A stretch of DNA of 61,953 nt from a virus (lineage: Duplodnaviria > Caudoviricetes). This document shows positions 46,888 to 56,793 of this stretch, in pieces (the first letter of the stretch is position 1; each line of letters begins with the position of its first letter). The stretch lies in IMG/VR virus record IMGVR_UViG_3300045135_003620, positions 1 to 61,953 of that record; one strand, given 5' to 3'. The notes under the pieces are model-generated. The model was not told where the DNA came from. It made no database searches and saw only the letters and a program-made list of their open reading frames with translations. The position numbers and the translations under genes were made by a program.

Positions 46888-49725
46888 ATGGCTAGCGCAC
46901 GCCCCGTCGCAGGCGCAGGCCTTGGCGATCAATATAAATTCGGACTAGCAAACACCACCAACGCTGCAGCGACCATCGCACCACTCGGGTGGGATACCCG
47001 TCGAGTTCCGATCACAGGCTCGGTGTATTACACAGACCAAAATGGCGCAGCGGTATGGTTTGCCTTTGAAGGCGACTACGACTCACCCAACAACCTCAAT
47101 GCAGCGTTTACCTTTGGTGGTTCGTCAGGTGTTACCGACGCTGGCATTAAGCGCCTAACAGGCTTTGGCATTGCAGATATTGCCAATCAGGCAACATCTA
47201 TCTCAACACAAGGCAGGGACTTTCATGCCATGGGGCGCACTCGGGCCTGGCACACAACCACCGATTCGAAGGAGACAGAGGCAGGTAAGACCGACCTCCG
47301 CTTTGATAGCCTATATCTGGTACCACCTATCGGTAATACCGCCTTTTACTTTGGTGGCACCATGGTGGTTGCCGCGGCCGGTTGTGGACACGTTGAACAA
47401 TTTGGTGACATTGCGGATATTCGCAAACCGCTCCAAATTAATCCCGAGGGATGGAGGTCACAAGGTACGTTTGGCAACCCTCGAATGGGGGACCAACCGG
47501 CAGTCACGTTCAGTTTTGACGGGGTAACCGCCGGAACCTCACCCAAGAACGTTGCCTTTGATTTTGGACTCGACAAATCGGCCACCCTGACAGCGGGAAA
47601 CCAAGCTCAATTTGGCGTTACTGCCCTACGCAACAGTGCGCAAAGCCTCGCTGTACTGGGTAGCGAATTTACTCGATATGGACAAGCCCTGTGCTTCGAT
47701 ATCAACAGCAATGGTGCCACTGCCCATTTTGGCTTTGCTCAAAGTTATTCATTACCGCCATCAGCGCTTAACACTCCGTTTTACTTTGCGTGGGAAAGTC
47801 GCGCGATAACCGAAGGTTGGCAAAGCGAACAATGGGGTGAGCCGTACACATGGCTATTCCATAGCTTTGCTGATCCGGCTGGATGGCGTGCCACCAAGTT
47901 TGGCAACACCCATATTGAAAACTGGGCAGAGTTTGCGGCAACGCCGGTGGGAATTCCACCGGCCGGCATGGGCGCACCTAAACTTGAAATTGCGCCGCGC
48001 TACATTCTGACCTTACGAGCCGATTTACCCAGTTTAAACAGCCTAACAGCGGACATTACCTATCAATCTAAAGCTGAACGCCCGACAGTAGGCGAGCAAA
48101 CAACCAGTTGGCAGAGCACATCAACCAACGACAGCATTCAGCCACAACGTCAGCAAGATGCACATCGTTTACCGGCTGGATGGAATGGCCAATGGTACAA
48201 AACCAAGGGCAGCAGTAGTGGGATAACACATCCTCTGCCGCAGGTACTAACTACCGATAATATCCACTTAAATCAGCCCTACGAGAGTGCTAACTGGAAT
48301 CATCAAAGTAGAACGTTTACTCAACAAGATGCAACTAGCCTGTGGCTACAAAAAGACCATCACCAGAGAAATGCTCAGAGGAACGTCTCAGCAATCGACT
48401 TTGAACAACAAGACGGTATTCGAACCAATCGGCGTTATCAGGCTATCTGGAACATTGGCAGACCTCAGGCATTCGTTCAGCACTACCGCTACCAAATGGC
48501 TATGCCTCTGCCGAAAGGATGGCGAACTTTATTTCAAGCTTGTTGTGTTCCACCAATCGGAACCACACGAATTGCTGTAACCGAGCTCGAGCAACCGGAT
48601 AGCTGTTACTTACTTAGCACGGATTTGGTGTTTTCCAAACTGAGCTCAGTTAGCACCCAATTATTGTTTTTGTGCGACACCGCGGAAGTCGAATCGCCGA
48701 CCGTCGGCACACTCATCATCCCGATTCAGAAGGTCTACATCGTGTTAAACAACGTCAATTTAATGAGAGCCAGCGATCAAACCCTGGTGCCAACCTACAC
48801 CATGTCATTAAGCCTAGATGCCGGATCATGGGCATGGGGATTTGAGGCTTCACTACCGGGTGTTGCACAAGGCTTAGTCGAGCCGACCGCTGATGATCCT
48901 GTGGAACTCATTGCTAACGTCAATGGAACTGCGTTTCGTGTACTTGCCGAATCTCTCAATCGAGAACGGGTATTTGGTGAAACACGGATCCGTGTATCTG
49001 GGCGTAGTAAACATGCACTATTAGATACGCCTTACGCCCCCATCCTTAGTTTTAACAACACGACTGATCGCAGTCATCAACAATTGTTTGATGATGTACT
49101 CCAGGTCAATGGTGTGCCACTGGGTTGGCAAATCGACTACGGGCTGGAAAGCTGGAATGTGCCGCTGAGTGCTTTCGCTCATCAAGGTACCTACATCAGT
49201 GCGCTAGCTGCGTTAGCCAAAGCCGGTGGCGCCTATCTGCTACCCGATACTCAGCAGAACTTGTTTAAGGTTCTGCCACGTTACCCGGCTACACCATGGA
49301 ATTGGGGCGACATAACCCCTGATGTTGTACTGCCGATCGATGCTGTTAGCCGTGAGTCGATTAGCTGGAAGGACAAGCCAGCCTACAACCGCGTTTATGT
49401 GAGCGGTGAAGGTCAAGGCATCTTAGGTCAAGTGACTCGAAGTGGAACCGCTGGCGATATCCTTGCTCCGATGGTCACGGATAGCCTGATCACAACTGCG
49501 GCGGCAGCTCGCCAACGAGGGCTAGCCATACTTTCAGATACAGGCCGGCAGCTCGAAATGGGACTCAAATTACCCGTTCTACCAACCACTGGAATTATCC
49601 AGCCAGGGGCTTTTGTTCAGTATGACGATGATGGCACTAGCTCAATCGGCCTCGTGCGATCAACCCACATCGATGTCGGCCTACCCGACGTTTTTCAAAC
49701 GCTAGGAGTGGAATGCCATGCGTAA
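46888..49725 (+). CDS. Tail-tip hub-like protein with N-terminal repeats
   Basis: 945 aa; four F-x-F...N-x-x-F-x-F-G-like repeats in the N-terminal third; C-terminal YNRVYVSGE..G.LG.V.R.GTAGD hub-like region. Confidence 0.7.
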   Translation: MASARPVAGAGLGDQYKFGLANTTNAAATIAPLGWDTRRVPITGSVYYTDQNGAAVWFAFEGDYDSPNNLNAAFTFGGSSGVTDAGIKRLTGFGIADIANQATSISTQGRDFHAMGRTRAWHTTTDSKETEAGKTDLRFDSLYLVPPIGNTAFYFGGTMVVAAAGCGHVEQFGDIADIRKPLQINPEGWRSQGTFGNPRMGDQPAVTFSFDGVTAGTSPKNVAFDFGLDKSATLTAGNQAQFGVTALRNSAQSLAVLGSEFTRYGQALCFDINSNGATAHFGFAQSYSLPPSALNTPFYFAWESRAITEGWQSEQWGEPYTWLFHSFADPAGWRATKFGNTHIENWAEFAATPVGIPPAGMGAPKLEIAPRYILTLRADLPSLNSLTADITYQSKAERPTVGEQTTSWQSTSTNDSIQPQRQQDAHRLPAGWNGQWYKTKGSSSGITHPLPQVLTTDNIHLNQPYESANWNHQSRTFTQQDATSLWLQKDHHQRNAQRNVSAIDFEQQDGIRTNRRYQAIWNIGRPQAFVQHYRYQMAMPLPKGWRTLFQACCVPPIGTTRIAVTELEQPDSCYLLSTDLVFSKLSSVSTQLLFLCDTAEVESPTVGTLIIPIQKVYIVLNNVNLMRASDQTLVPTYTMSLSLDAGSWAWGFEASLPGVAQGLVEPTADDPVELIANVNGTAFRVLAESLNRERVFGETRIRVSGRSKHALLDTPYAPILSFNNTTDRSHQQLFDDVLQVNGVPLGWQIDYGLESWNVPLSAFAHQGTYISALAALAKAGGAYLLPDTQQNLFKVLPRYPATPWNWGDITPDVVLPIDAVSRESISWKDKPAYNRVYVSGEGQGILGQVTRSGTAGDILAPMVTDSLITTAAAARQRGLAILSDTGRQLEMGLKLPVLPTTGIIQPGAFVQYDDDGTSSIGLVRSTHIDVGLPDVFQTLGVECHA

Positions 49726-49945
49726 CTTGTATCAAGAGTTTCAAAACCTCATACCACAGCCAGTTTTACAAGTCGGGACCGTCCAATCAGTGAGCGGAAA
49801 CATCGCGACAGTCAGGCTGCCAGGCGGTGACACCTTGATCGCTAGAGGCGCCGATTCAAACTTAATCAATCAAAAGGTCTTCGTTAAAAGCAACGTCATT
49901 GAAGGCCTAGCACCTAATCTACCCACCGAAATTATCGAAATTTAA
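49718..49945 (+). CDS. Small tail protein (OB-fold-like)
   Basis: NLYQEF..LIP...LQVGTV...ARG...KVFV...IEGLAP. Confidence 0.65.
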   Translation: MRNLYQEFQNLIPQPVLQVGTVQSVSGNIATVRLPGGDTLIARGADSNLINQKVFVKSNVIEGLAPNLPTEIIEI

Positions 49946-49955
49946 AGAGGTCACT

Positions 49956-50246
49956 ATGGTAAACCATCAAGACAAAGACACCACCATCCAACTGCGCCTC
50001 GAGGATTTCGATGCGATTTTGGAACAAGCCGCAGAAAGAGGCGCAGAACGCTGCCTTGCACACATAGGCCTTGAGAACGGCCATGCCGCTCGCGACATTC
50101 GGGAACTACGCGACCTTCTCGATGTATGGCGCGAAGCCAGGAAAACAGCATGGCAAACCACCATCAAAGTCATTACCACCGGTATTCTAGCAACAGCGCT
50201 CGTGGGCATCGCTATCAAACTGAAACTCATGGGAGGTTCACAATGA
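49956..50246 (+). CDS. DUF6127-like membrane protein (lysis-cassette position)
   Basis: AAERGA...IGLENGHAARDIRELRDLL..WR..RKTAWQT plus one TM helix. Confidence 0.7.
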   Translation: MVNHQDKDTTIQLRLEDFDAILEQAAERGAERCLAHIGLENGHAARDIRELRDLLDVWREARKTAWQTTIKVITTGILATALVGIAIKLKLMGGSQ

Positions 50247-50719
50247 TTGAGACACTGCTTGGAGGGCTAATGGGCGGTGCATTCCGATTGACGCCTGAGA
50301 TCCTCAAATGGATCGACCGCAAAGGCGAAAGATCTCATGAATTAGCCATTCAGGACAAAAACCTCGAACTGGAAAAACTACGTTCATCTACAGCCATGAG
50401 TGAGGCTGCAACCAAGGCTCGTGCCGCACAGCACACCGAAGCCATCAATACACTCAACTCTGCGGTTACCTCACAAGGCACCGTCACCGGCATTAAATGG
50501 GCAGATGCGCTATCCTGTAGTGTGCGCCCAATCATCACCTATTGGTTTATGGCTTTGTACTGCGCAGCCAAAACGGCAATGTTTTTAGCTTCCACTAAAA
50601 CTGGCGTCGACTGGACCACCGCGATTGAACACAGCTGGACTGAATCAGACCAAGCACTCTGGGCAGGGGTACTAAATTTTTGGTTTTTGGGCCGTGTGTT
50701 TGACAAACAGAGCTGCTAA
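50243..50719 (+). CDS. Holin-like membrane protein (3TM type)
   Basis: Start 50243 with GGAGG RBS; SVRPIITY motif, TM segments, ends FWFLGRVFDK. Confidence 0.65.
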   Translation: MIETLLGGLMGGAFRLTPEILKWIDRKGERSHELAIQDKNLELEKLRSSTAMSEAATKARAAQHTEAINTLNSAVTSQGTVTGIKWADALSCSVRPIITYWFMALYCAAKTAMFLASTKTGVDWTTAIEHSWTESDQALWAGVLNFWFLGRVFDKQSC

Positions 50720-50849
50720 GACTGGATTTTAATCTCGAATCTGGTCGCAGTAGGGTTTTTCAAAGATTATTATATGGTAAAATTTCATTTTCGTTAATCG
50801 TATTTCGTGATATGGCGAATTTCATAACTTAAGATTAAAAGGATGTTTT

Positions 50850-51833
50850 ATGCATTTAGTTATTGGTGGCAGTGGTTTTATCGGCACACGTTTGTGCAAA
50901 CGATTAACAAATGCAAACACAAAATTCACCATCATCGATAAATCGGTTAGTAAGACATTTCCTGAACAAACCAATGTCTGTGACATCAGAAATAAAAATG
51001 ATTTACTTCAAATAGAAACTGATGCAACAGTAATTATCAATCTGGCTGCAGAGCACCGAGATGATGTTCGCCCAAAATCGCTTTACGATGAAGTAAACGT
51101 TATGGGCTCGCAACATGTTTGCGAGCTAGCCGAAGCAAAAGGGATAAACAAAATTATATTCACTAGTTCCGTTGCGGTTTATGGATTCGCCGAACGAGGA
51201 ACTGATGAAAACGGAAGAATTAATCCCTTTAATGATTACGGAAGGACTAAATACGAAGCCGAATTAATTTATAAAAAATGGCAAGAAAAAGATCCTGAAA
51301 ACCGAACATTAGTGATTGTGCGGCCAACCGTAGTATTCGGTGAGCAGAATCGGGGCAATGTGTACAACCTATTAAGACAAATTGCATCCGGCAAATTTGT
51401 TATGATCGGTGACGGAAAAAATAGAAAGTCTATGGCATATGTTGAAAATATAGCTTGTTTTATTGAATATTCAGAAAACATGGATCCAGGTGTTCACATA
51501 TACAACTACATAGATAAACCCGATTTCGATATGAACTCACTAATTATTCGAGTTAGGAAATCACTTGGACAAGAGGGAAAGGTTGGGCCAAAAATTCCGT
51601 ACTGGCTTGGTATGATGGCGGGCTATGGCTTCGACCTAATCGCCAAACTGTCTGGAAAGAGCCTTCCAATAAGCTCTATCCGTATCCAGAAATTCTGCAA
51701 AGATTCAGTATACAATACAGCCGTCGAAACAACTGGCTTTATAGCACCTGTTAATTTACAGACAGCAATCGACAACACCATAGACTATGAGTTTGTATCA
51801 AAGAATAAAGGTGAAGTTTTTTACACAGAGTAG
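50850..51833 (+). CDS. gnu: NAD-dependent epimerase, Gnu-like (GlcNAc-PP-undecaprenol 4-epimerase)
   Basis: GGSGFIG, LAAEHRDDV.P.SLY..VNV.G, YGRTK, RPTVVFGE.NRGNVYNLL.QIASGKF and NYIDKPD closely match E. coli Gnu as I recall it. Confidence 0.75.
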   Translation: MHLVIGGSGFIGTRLCKRLTNANTKFTIIDKSVSKTFPEQTNVCDIRNKNDLLQIETDATVIINLAAEHRDDVRPKSLYDEVNVMGSQHVCELAEAKGINKIIFTSSVAVYGFAERGTDENGRINPFNDYGRTKYEAELIYKKWQEKDPENRTLVIVRPTVVFGEQNRGNVYNLLRQIASGKFVMIGDGKNRKSMAYVENIACFIEYSENMDPGVHIYNYIDKPDFDMNSLIIRVRKSLGQEGKVGPKIPYWLGMMAGYGFDLIAKLSGKSLPISSIRIQKFCKDSVYNTAVETTGFIAPVNLQTAIDNTIDYEFVSKNKGEVFYTE

Positions 51834-51858
51834 TCTTAAAAAATAAGGTAATTCAAAT

Positions 51859-52875
51859 ATGTATATTCTTATTACAGGTGGAACAGGGTATATTGGATCT
51901 CATACAGCCGTTCAACTACTAAACGCCGGATACAATGTAATCATTTTAGATAGCTTAATTAATTCAAGTGAAATTGTTATTCAGCGTATTGAGGAAATTA
52001 CAGGAAAACAACCTGTATTTATTAGAGGTGACGTTAGAGATTCCTCACTACTGGAAAGTCTTTTTACTAAATACACAATCAGTGCCGTAATTCACTTTGC
52101 TGGATTAAAAGCGGTTGGAGAAAGTAATCTCAAACCTCTTATGTATTACGATGCCAACGTAAATGGCTCGATTCAACTAATACATGCCATGGCAAAATCA
52201 GGTGTTAAGAAACTAGTCTTCAGTTCCTCCGCCACAGTTTACGGTGAAGAAGCACCAATACCATATATTGAAACGACAAGGCGTGGAACCCCTTCCAGTC
52301 CATACGGCGCATCAAAAGCTATAGTAGAACAAATCTTAACAGACTTAGCAGAATCAGATTCTGATTGGTCGATAGTTCTACTACGTTATTTTAATCCTAT
52401 CGGAGCGCACCCCTCAGGAAAAATCGGTGAAGACCCGAAGGGTATACCAAATAATTTAATGCCGTTTATATCACAGGTAGCAATAGGTAAACGGGAAAAA
52501 CTGACAATATTCGGAAACGACTATACCACGAAAGATGGTACATGTGAGCGTGACTATCTACATATTCTAGATCTTGCGAATGGACATCTTTACTCATTAG
52601 AGAAACTCAACAAACATGGCTTAAGTATATTTAACCTGGGAACAGGGAAACCAGCATCTGTTCTCGAGATGGTCAAAGCCTTTGAAATCGTAAATAGAAT
52701 CGAAATTCCATATGAAATTAGCGCACGAAGAGAAGGTGATCTACCAGCGTTTTGGGCTGACTGTAATAAAGCAAGGATCGAATTAAACTGGTCAGCAACA
52801 CACACAATAGACGATATGATGAGAGACACATGGAATTGGCAAATAAAAAACCCGAATGGATATGAGCCTGATTAA
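51859..52875 (+). CDS. galE: UDP-glucose 4-epimerase
   Basis: TGGTGYIGSHT, HFAGLKAVGES, FSSSATVYG, YGASK and LRYFNPIGAHPSG.IGEDP.GIPNNL. Confidence 0.95.
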   Translation: MYILITGGTGYIGSHTAVQLLNAGYNVIILDSLINSSEIVIQRIEEITGKQPVFIRGDVRDSSLLESLFTKYTISAVIHFAGLKAVGESNLKPLMYYDANVNGSIQLIHAMAKSGVKKLVFSSSATVYGEEAPIPYIETTRRGTPSSPYGASKAIVEQILTDLAESDSDWSIVLLRYFNPIGAHPSGKIGEDPKGIPNNLMPFISQVAIGKREKLTIFGNDYTTKDGTCERDYLHILDLANGHLYSLEKLNKHGLSIFNLGTGKPASVLEMVKAFEIVNRIEIPYEISARREGDLPAFWADCNKARIELNWSATHTIDDMMRDTWNWQIKNPNGYEPD

Positions 52876-53046
52876 TCTGAACCAAATCAGATTGATATTA
52901 GCTAATAGTAACTTTGCCAAAATTCTTTGATTGAATTTTTAAAAAATCGCATAACCAGAAATGATGAAAAAATTAAGATATAATTTAAGCATCGATGAAA
53001 CCACACATAAGATAAGCCATATCACATATAACAATAATAAAGCCTT

Positions 53047-53832
53047 TCAATTATTCTTAAGTTTACTTATTGCAATAAGCCGGTCATTAAAAGTGGAATA
53101 CAATCCATTATCAGATATGAAATTATGGATATGACTGTAAAGTATAAATGACGATTTAGAAAAAATTAAATATTTGAATGACATATTTCTAAAATAATTT
53201 TTTAACTGCGAATAAACAAGTGAATCTTTACTTGACCTAAAACCAAGAAAACAAAGTGGTCGTGAATCAATAACATAATTTCCGTTAAATTCACAAATAA
53301 AACTTCCAGATCTAACTACATTAAAATCGAACACATCCGGCAATTTTCCAGGCACACGATTAGCTGGAAATACAATATATCGAGTTGAAATTAAGGGTAT
53401 TTTCTTCATGCATTCTAAATCGAACTGTGACAGCTCTGACGTCAAACTAGGATCACAAAGACTATAATCAATATGAAAATATGTATGGGAAACTAAAACA
53501 TAATTATTCTTAGAAAGGAAATGCAATACATCCGAAGAAAGTTGAAAATCACGTCTTTCTAATAATCGATATTGGCATTTAAGTTGATCGCATATTAATT
53601 TATTATTTTTACATATTTCCAAAGCCTTAATAATATTATGCTTGGCGCGCTCAGTTTCATCGAACAAAAGCCCAACACAGGCAAAAGAAGCCTTTATAGA
53701 ATTAGTGGAAAGTATTTCTACAACATTTATTAAACTCTCATGCAACGCGTCCTTGGTAACATGATTATAAGGAAGTCCGTATGGAGCAAGTCCGAATGCT
53801 CCTTCAAAATCAAATTGTACATGAACTGACAT
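53047..53832 (-). CDS. Polysaccharide deacetylase-like protein
   Basis: VQFDFE...IKASFACVG...SHTYFH..., NodB-like motifs. Confidence 0.55.
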   Translation of the reverse strand: MSVHVQFDFEGAFGLAPYGLPYNHVTKDALHESLINVVEILSTNSIKASFACVGLLFDETERAKHNIIKALEICKNNKLICDQLKCQYRLLERRDFQLSSDVLHFLSKNNYVLVSHTYFHIDYSLCDPSLTSELSQFDLECMKKIPLISTRYIVFPANRVPGKLPDVFDFNVVRSGSFICEFNGNYVIDSRPLCFLGFRSSKDSLVYSQLKNYFRNMSFKYLIFSKSSFILYSHIHNFISDNGLYSTFNDRLIAISKLKNN

Positions 53833-54772
53833 ATATTTCTCTTTTACATTCAATAGGCACATGGATATCGACTTTCATGCGATTAACAATGCCCTCTGTT
53901 AGGGCATGAGAAGACCTATATTTTTGAATGGCATTGTGAAAACCAGCAGAACTACTATCAAAAACAAAAGGACACCAATCCATACCGGGGACTTTATCAT
54001 GAATAGCAAGTTTTCCATAAGATAGTGCCTCAGCAGCAACATCACAAAAGCCTTCGAAATCTGATAAGCACACCACGCAATCTATAGCTCTATAAATATC
54101 TTCTTTATCATTAACAAATCCATGGTCTATAATTTTATTTCTTAGGTTATCAGGAATATCCATACCAAGTCCAAAAACATGATATTCATATAAATTGGGA
54201 AATTTACTTTCAAGCTCCGAACATAGAACAAGATATTTTAAAAAGCCTTTCCTACTCTCTCGCCTCCCAACGAACGCAATTTTTATGGGTAATTCTGAAG
54301 TCAAATTAAGATCAATCCAAGGAAAATTGTAGTTATATACGCCAAAATATTTATTGTTTATCATTTTATATTTGGAAAAAAAACGAAAGACAAATGAATA
54401 ATTTACAATAATGGGCGAAACGAGAACAAATTTATTACAAAAAAGGCAATTCACAAACTCAATGATATTACCAATAAAACGATAGATAGGAATGCGACTG
54501 CAACTTAAGCTACCGTGACATACATAAATAGATTTTTTCCTGTATAAACGACATAGAATTAATGAAAAGAATGCCCCGCCCGTAGTATGACATTGAATAG
54601 TTGCTGAATCAGGAAGTGATCTTATAAAATTAGCAAGTTTTTTTAGGGAAGAAATGCTGAAAGAAAATAACGAGATGTCCTCAGCTTCATCAAAAGAAAA
54701 CTTATGATCAATATTGTAATCATGTAAGTAACGTTGCCTGTAAAGGCCATGAGGGAAAACTACGTAAATCAA
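53810..54772 (-). CDS. Glycosyltransferase family 4
   Basis: FVGRRESRKG and SDFEGFCDVAAEALSYG (E-x7-E). Confidence 0.85.
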   Translation of the reverse strand: MIYVVFPHGLYRQRYLHDYNIDHKFSFDEAEDISLFSFSISSLKKLANFIRSLPDSATIQCHTTGGAFFSLILCRLYRKKSIYVCHGSLSCSRIPIYRFIGNIIEFVNCLFCNKFVLVSPIIVNYSFVFRFFSKYKMINNKYFGVYNYNFPWIDLNLTSELPIKIAFVGRRESRKGFLKYLVLCSELESKFPNLYEYHVFGLGMDIPDNLRNKIIDHGFVNDKEDIYRAIDCVVCLSDFEGFCDVAAEALSYGKLAIHDKVPGMDWCPFVFDSSSAGFHNAIQKYRSSHALTEGIVNRMKVDIHVPIECKREIYVSSCTI

Positions 54773-55347
54773 AACACGCTCCTTAAAAAGGCATAAAATC
54801 TAAAGATAAAAGGCGGCAAATTTAAAGTACTATTTAAGGAACTAGATCTATTAGCATGTTGCTTATCTGGTAGAAAATGAACGCTAGGGAATAAAGCCTT
54901 CAAATCGTCTGTAGACGAATTCACATAACAAAATTCAAAAGTCTCATAGTGTGCTTTTAAAACTGACCAATTATTTTCAACAAGATTTTCCTGTTCAACA
55001 ACAAATTTATTTGTAACAGGACGTACTCTCTCTTCCAACTTTATTAAGGATTCTTTCCAACTTTTATTATCGCGTGAGAGCCGTACAAAAACAGTGTTAT
55101 CGAAAAGAACACTATTTTGTAAAATAAATTTTATTGAACAGGAGTCGTGTAAAATATCAGGGCATATAACTAGATTGTACTTTTTGAGAACACGATTGAA
55201 AGGAATGGCTGATAAAAATGTGCGCGGTGAAACAACATTCTTATCCTTGTTACTCATGCCAACTTGAAGGCCAAATGATGTAGTACCTGTTCGGCGCGGG
55301 CCTACAACAACATATTGCTTTACAGCATCGTGTCTAATATCACTCAT
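54769..55347 (-). CDS. Sulfotransferase-like protein
   Basis: VVVGPRRTGTTS 5'-PAPS-loop-like motif; R...W..S downstream. Confidence 0.55.
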   Translation of the reverse strand: MSDIRHDAVKQYVVVGPRRTGTTSFGLQVGMSNKDKNVVSPRTFLSAIPFNRVLKKYNLVICPDILHDSCSIKFILQNSVLFDNTVFVRLSRDNKSWKESLIKLEERVRPVTNKFVVEQENLVENNWSVLKAHYETFEFCYVNSSTDDLKALFPSVHFLPDKQHANRSSSLNSTLNLPPFIFRFYAFLRSVF

Positions 55348-56018
55348 TTATTAAAAATCTCTCTACAAAACATTAATTCTTGTTCACTGAATTTATAACG
55401 GACTTTCATTTGATTTGAGGAAAGTTTCTTATCATCACAATACGGTACGTCAACAAACTCGCAAAAAGCAGCTAATCCGTCCTCTAAGTAAAAATAATTT
55501 TCAGCATGCATGCCGATTTTGTCCAAAAGAACATCGGTTTCGATAAAATGTTTATCATTATATAGTCCATTTGTTCTATATAATTTAGATTCCTTAAGCT
55601 TAATTACAAAATCTTTGAAACCAAGACCTAGTGGTAAATTAAACTGAGAAAATGCGATAGCCTTTGATAAAGTATTGGGGTTTAAATATTTTTTGGTAAA
55701 CCCTGATTGGACTCTGGCACAGTAAGACCTATCAAGAACCGCGTCAATTTTTTCGATATTCTTTAAGTCATCAGGATAAATAACACTTACGTTTGATCTC
55801 GAGCATAACCAAATAAAACTCGAACTTGCACAAAGTGGGGATAGAAAAAGATATTTACCGTTAACCAATACAACATTTCTTCTTAAATCACATGTTGGAC
55901 GTGGTATAAATGAAAAAATTCTTCGTACAAATTGATATTTAATAATTTTTGGAGATACCCTGATGTCCAAAACAAATTTAACTAATATATTTCGTAGATA
56001 TTGTTTCATATTCCTCAT
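55344..56018 (-). CDS. Sulfotransferase family 2-like protein (divergent)
   Basis: PLCASSS (cf. PKxASxS), R...ARVQSGF..KY, DKHF, Y.LED pattern. Confidence 0.45.
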   Translation of the reverse strand: MRNMKQYLRNILVKFVLDIRVSPKIIKYQFVRRIFSFIPRPTCDLRRNVVLVNGKYLFLSPLCASSSFIWLCSRSNVSVIYPDDLKNIEKIDAVLDRSYCARVQSGFTKKYLNPNTLSKAIAFSQFNLPLGLGFKDFVIKLKESKLYRTNGLYNDKHFIETDVLLDKIGMHAENYFYLEDGLAAFCEFVDVPYCDDKKLSSNQMKVRYKFSEQELMFCREIFNK

Positions 56019-56793
56019 CCATTTTTGAAATCCAATCAGGTTTATTTATAATCTTTTGGCTTTTCAGATATGGGCTTCTCTGTAGCGATTTCATTTTATT
56101 CAAATATCCAAACGAATATTTAATACCAAAGAATTTTTTAACCGAAAACAAAATATCAATAAGCTTGGGTATGAACAAAAATCGCACTGAACCGCTTTTA
56201 TTAGCAGAAGGCAGACTAAAAGATTCAACATTAAGATCGATAAATTTAAGTATTTCTCGAACCACTTTATCTTGATCAGAACGAAGATCTTCGTATCTGT
56301 AAATAAAAACTGAATCTTGTTTTGTATGTCTTCTTAGGTGATCAAGTCTTATAAATTGATCAAGCAATGTCCGGTAATCACACCAGAATGGATATGGTCC
56401 ATCTCCTTGACCAGACTCTACAATTTCACTTAAGTTCTTTGTTTTTTCGTATCCTTCGACTTGATTCTGATTGAATAAGCTCTCAAAAAGTGAAGATGGT
56501 TTTCGTATACCAATTATAATCTTGTAATTATTAATATTTTGTATAGACTTTATAAACTCATTCGAGTAAATGTAGTGGGTAGAGCCATCAACGACGATCA
56601 TATCTTCTGATTTATTTAACCAGTTATTATTGTATTCTTGTTTTGGCACTCTTCGTCGAATTGGTATATCCGGAGATAACGAAGCTGGTTCCTTGATACT
56701 ATTACATACAAGTTCACTATCAGTGAAGGAACTTATCAAATCATATAAAGAAGTAGTTGCTGTTTTAGGAAATCCTGCGATAAAAATCATCAT
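55978..56793 (-). CDS. Sulfotransferase
   Basis: IFIAGFPKTATTSL, KEP, DGSTHY, KIIIGIRKP...ES and YEDL motifs. Confidence 0.85.
   Translation of the reverse strand: MMIFIAGFPKTATTSLYDLISSFTDSELVCNSIKEPASLSPDIPIRRRVPKQEYNNNWLNKSEDMIVVDGSTHYIYSNEFIKSIQNINNYKIIIGIRKPSSLFESLFNQNQVEGYEKTKNLSEIVESGQGDGPYPFWCDYRTLLDQFIRLDHLRRHTKQDSVFIYRYEDLRSDQDKVVREILKFIDLNVESFSLPSANKSGSVRFLFIPKLIDILFSVKKFFGIKYSFGYLNKMKSLQRSPYLKSQKIINKPDWISKMDEEYETISTKYIS

Larger units (their letters stand above)
1783..50719. mobile_element. Prophage (lambda-like head, long non-contractile tail, large serine recombinase)
   Basis: Contiguous integration, regulation, replication, packaging, head, tail and lysis modules. Sequence becomes visibly more AT-rich on both sides. 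Exact att sites not identified. Confidence 0.92.

Noticed and set aside
41103-49725. Diversity-generating retroelement or invertible tail-fibre shufflon
   Set aside because: No reverse transcriptase, no TR/VR pair, no invertase and no inverted tail cassettes seen; the RBP similarity is at protein level only.
52864-53046. Hairpin AATCTGA/TCAGATT after galE as a terminator or sRNA
   Set aside because: AT-rich weak stem without a U-tract; insufficient support.
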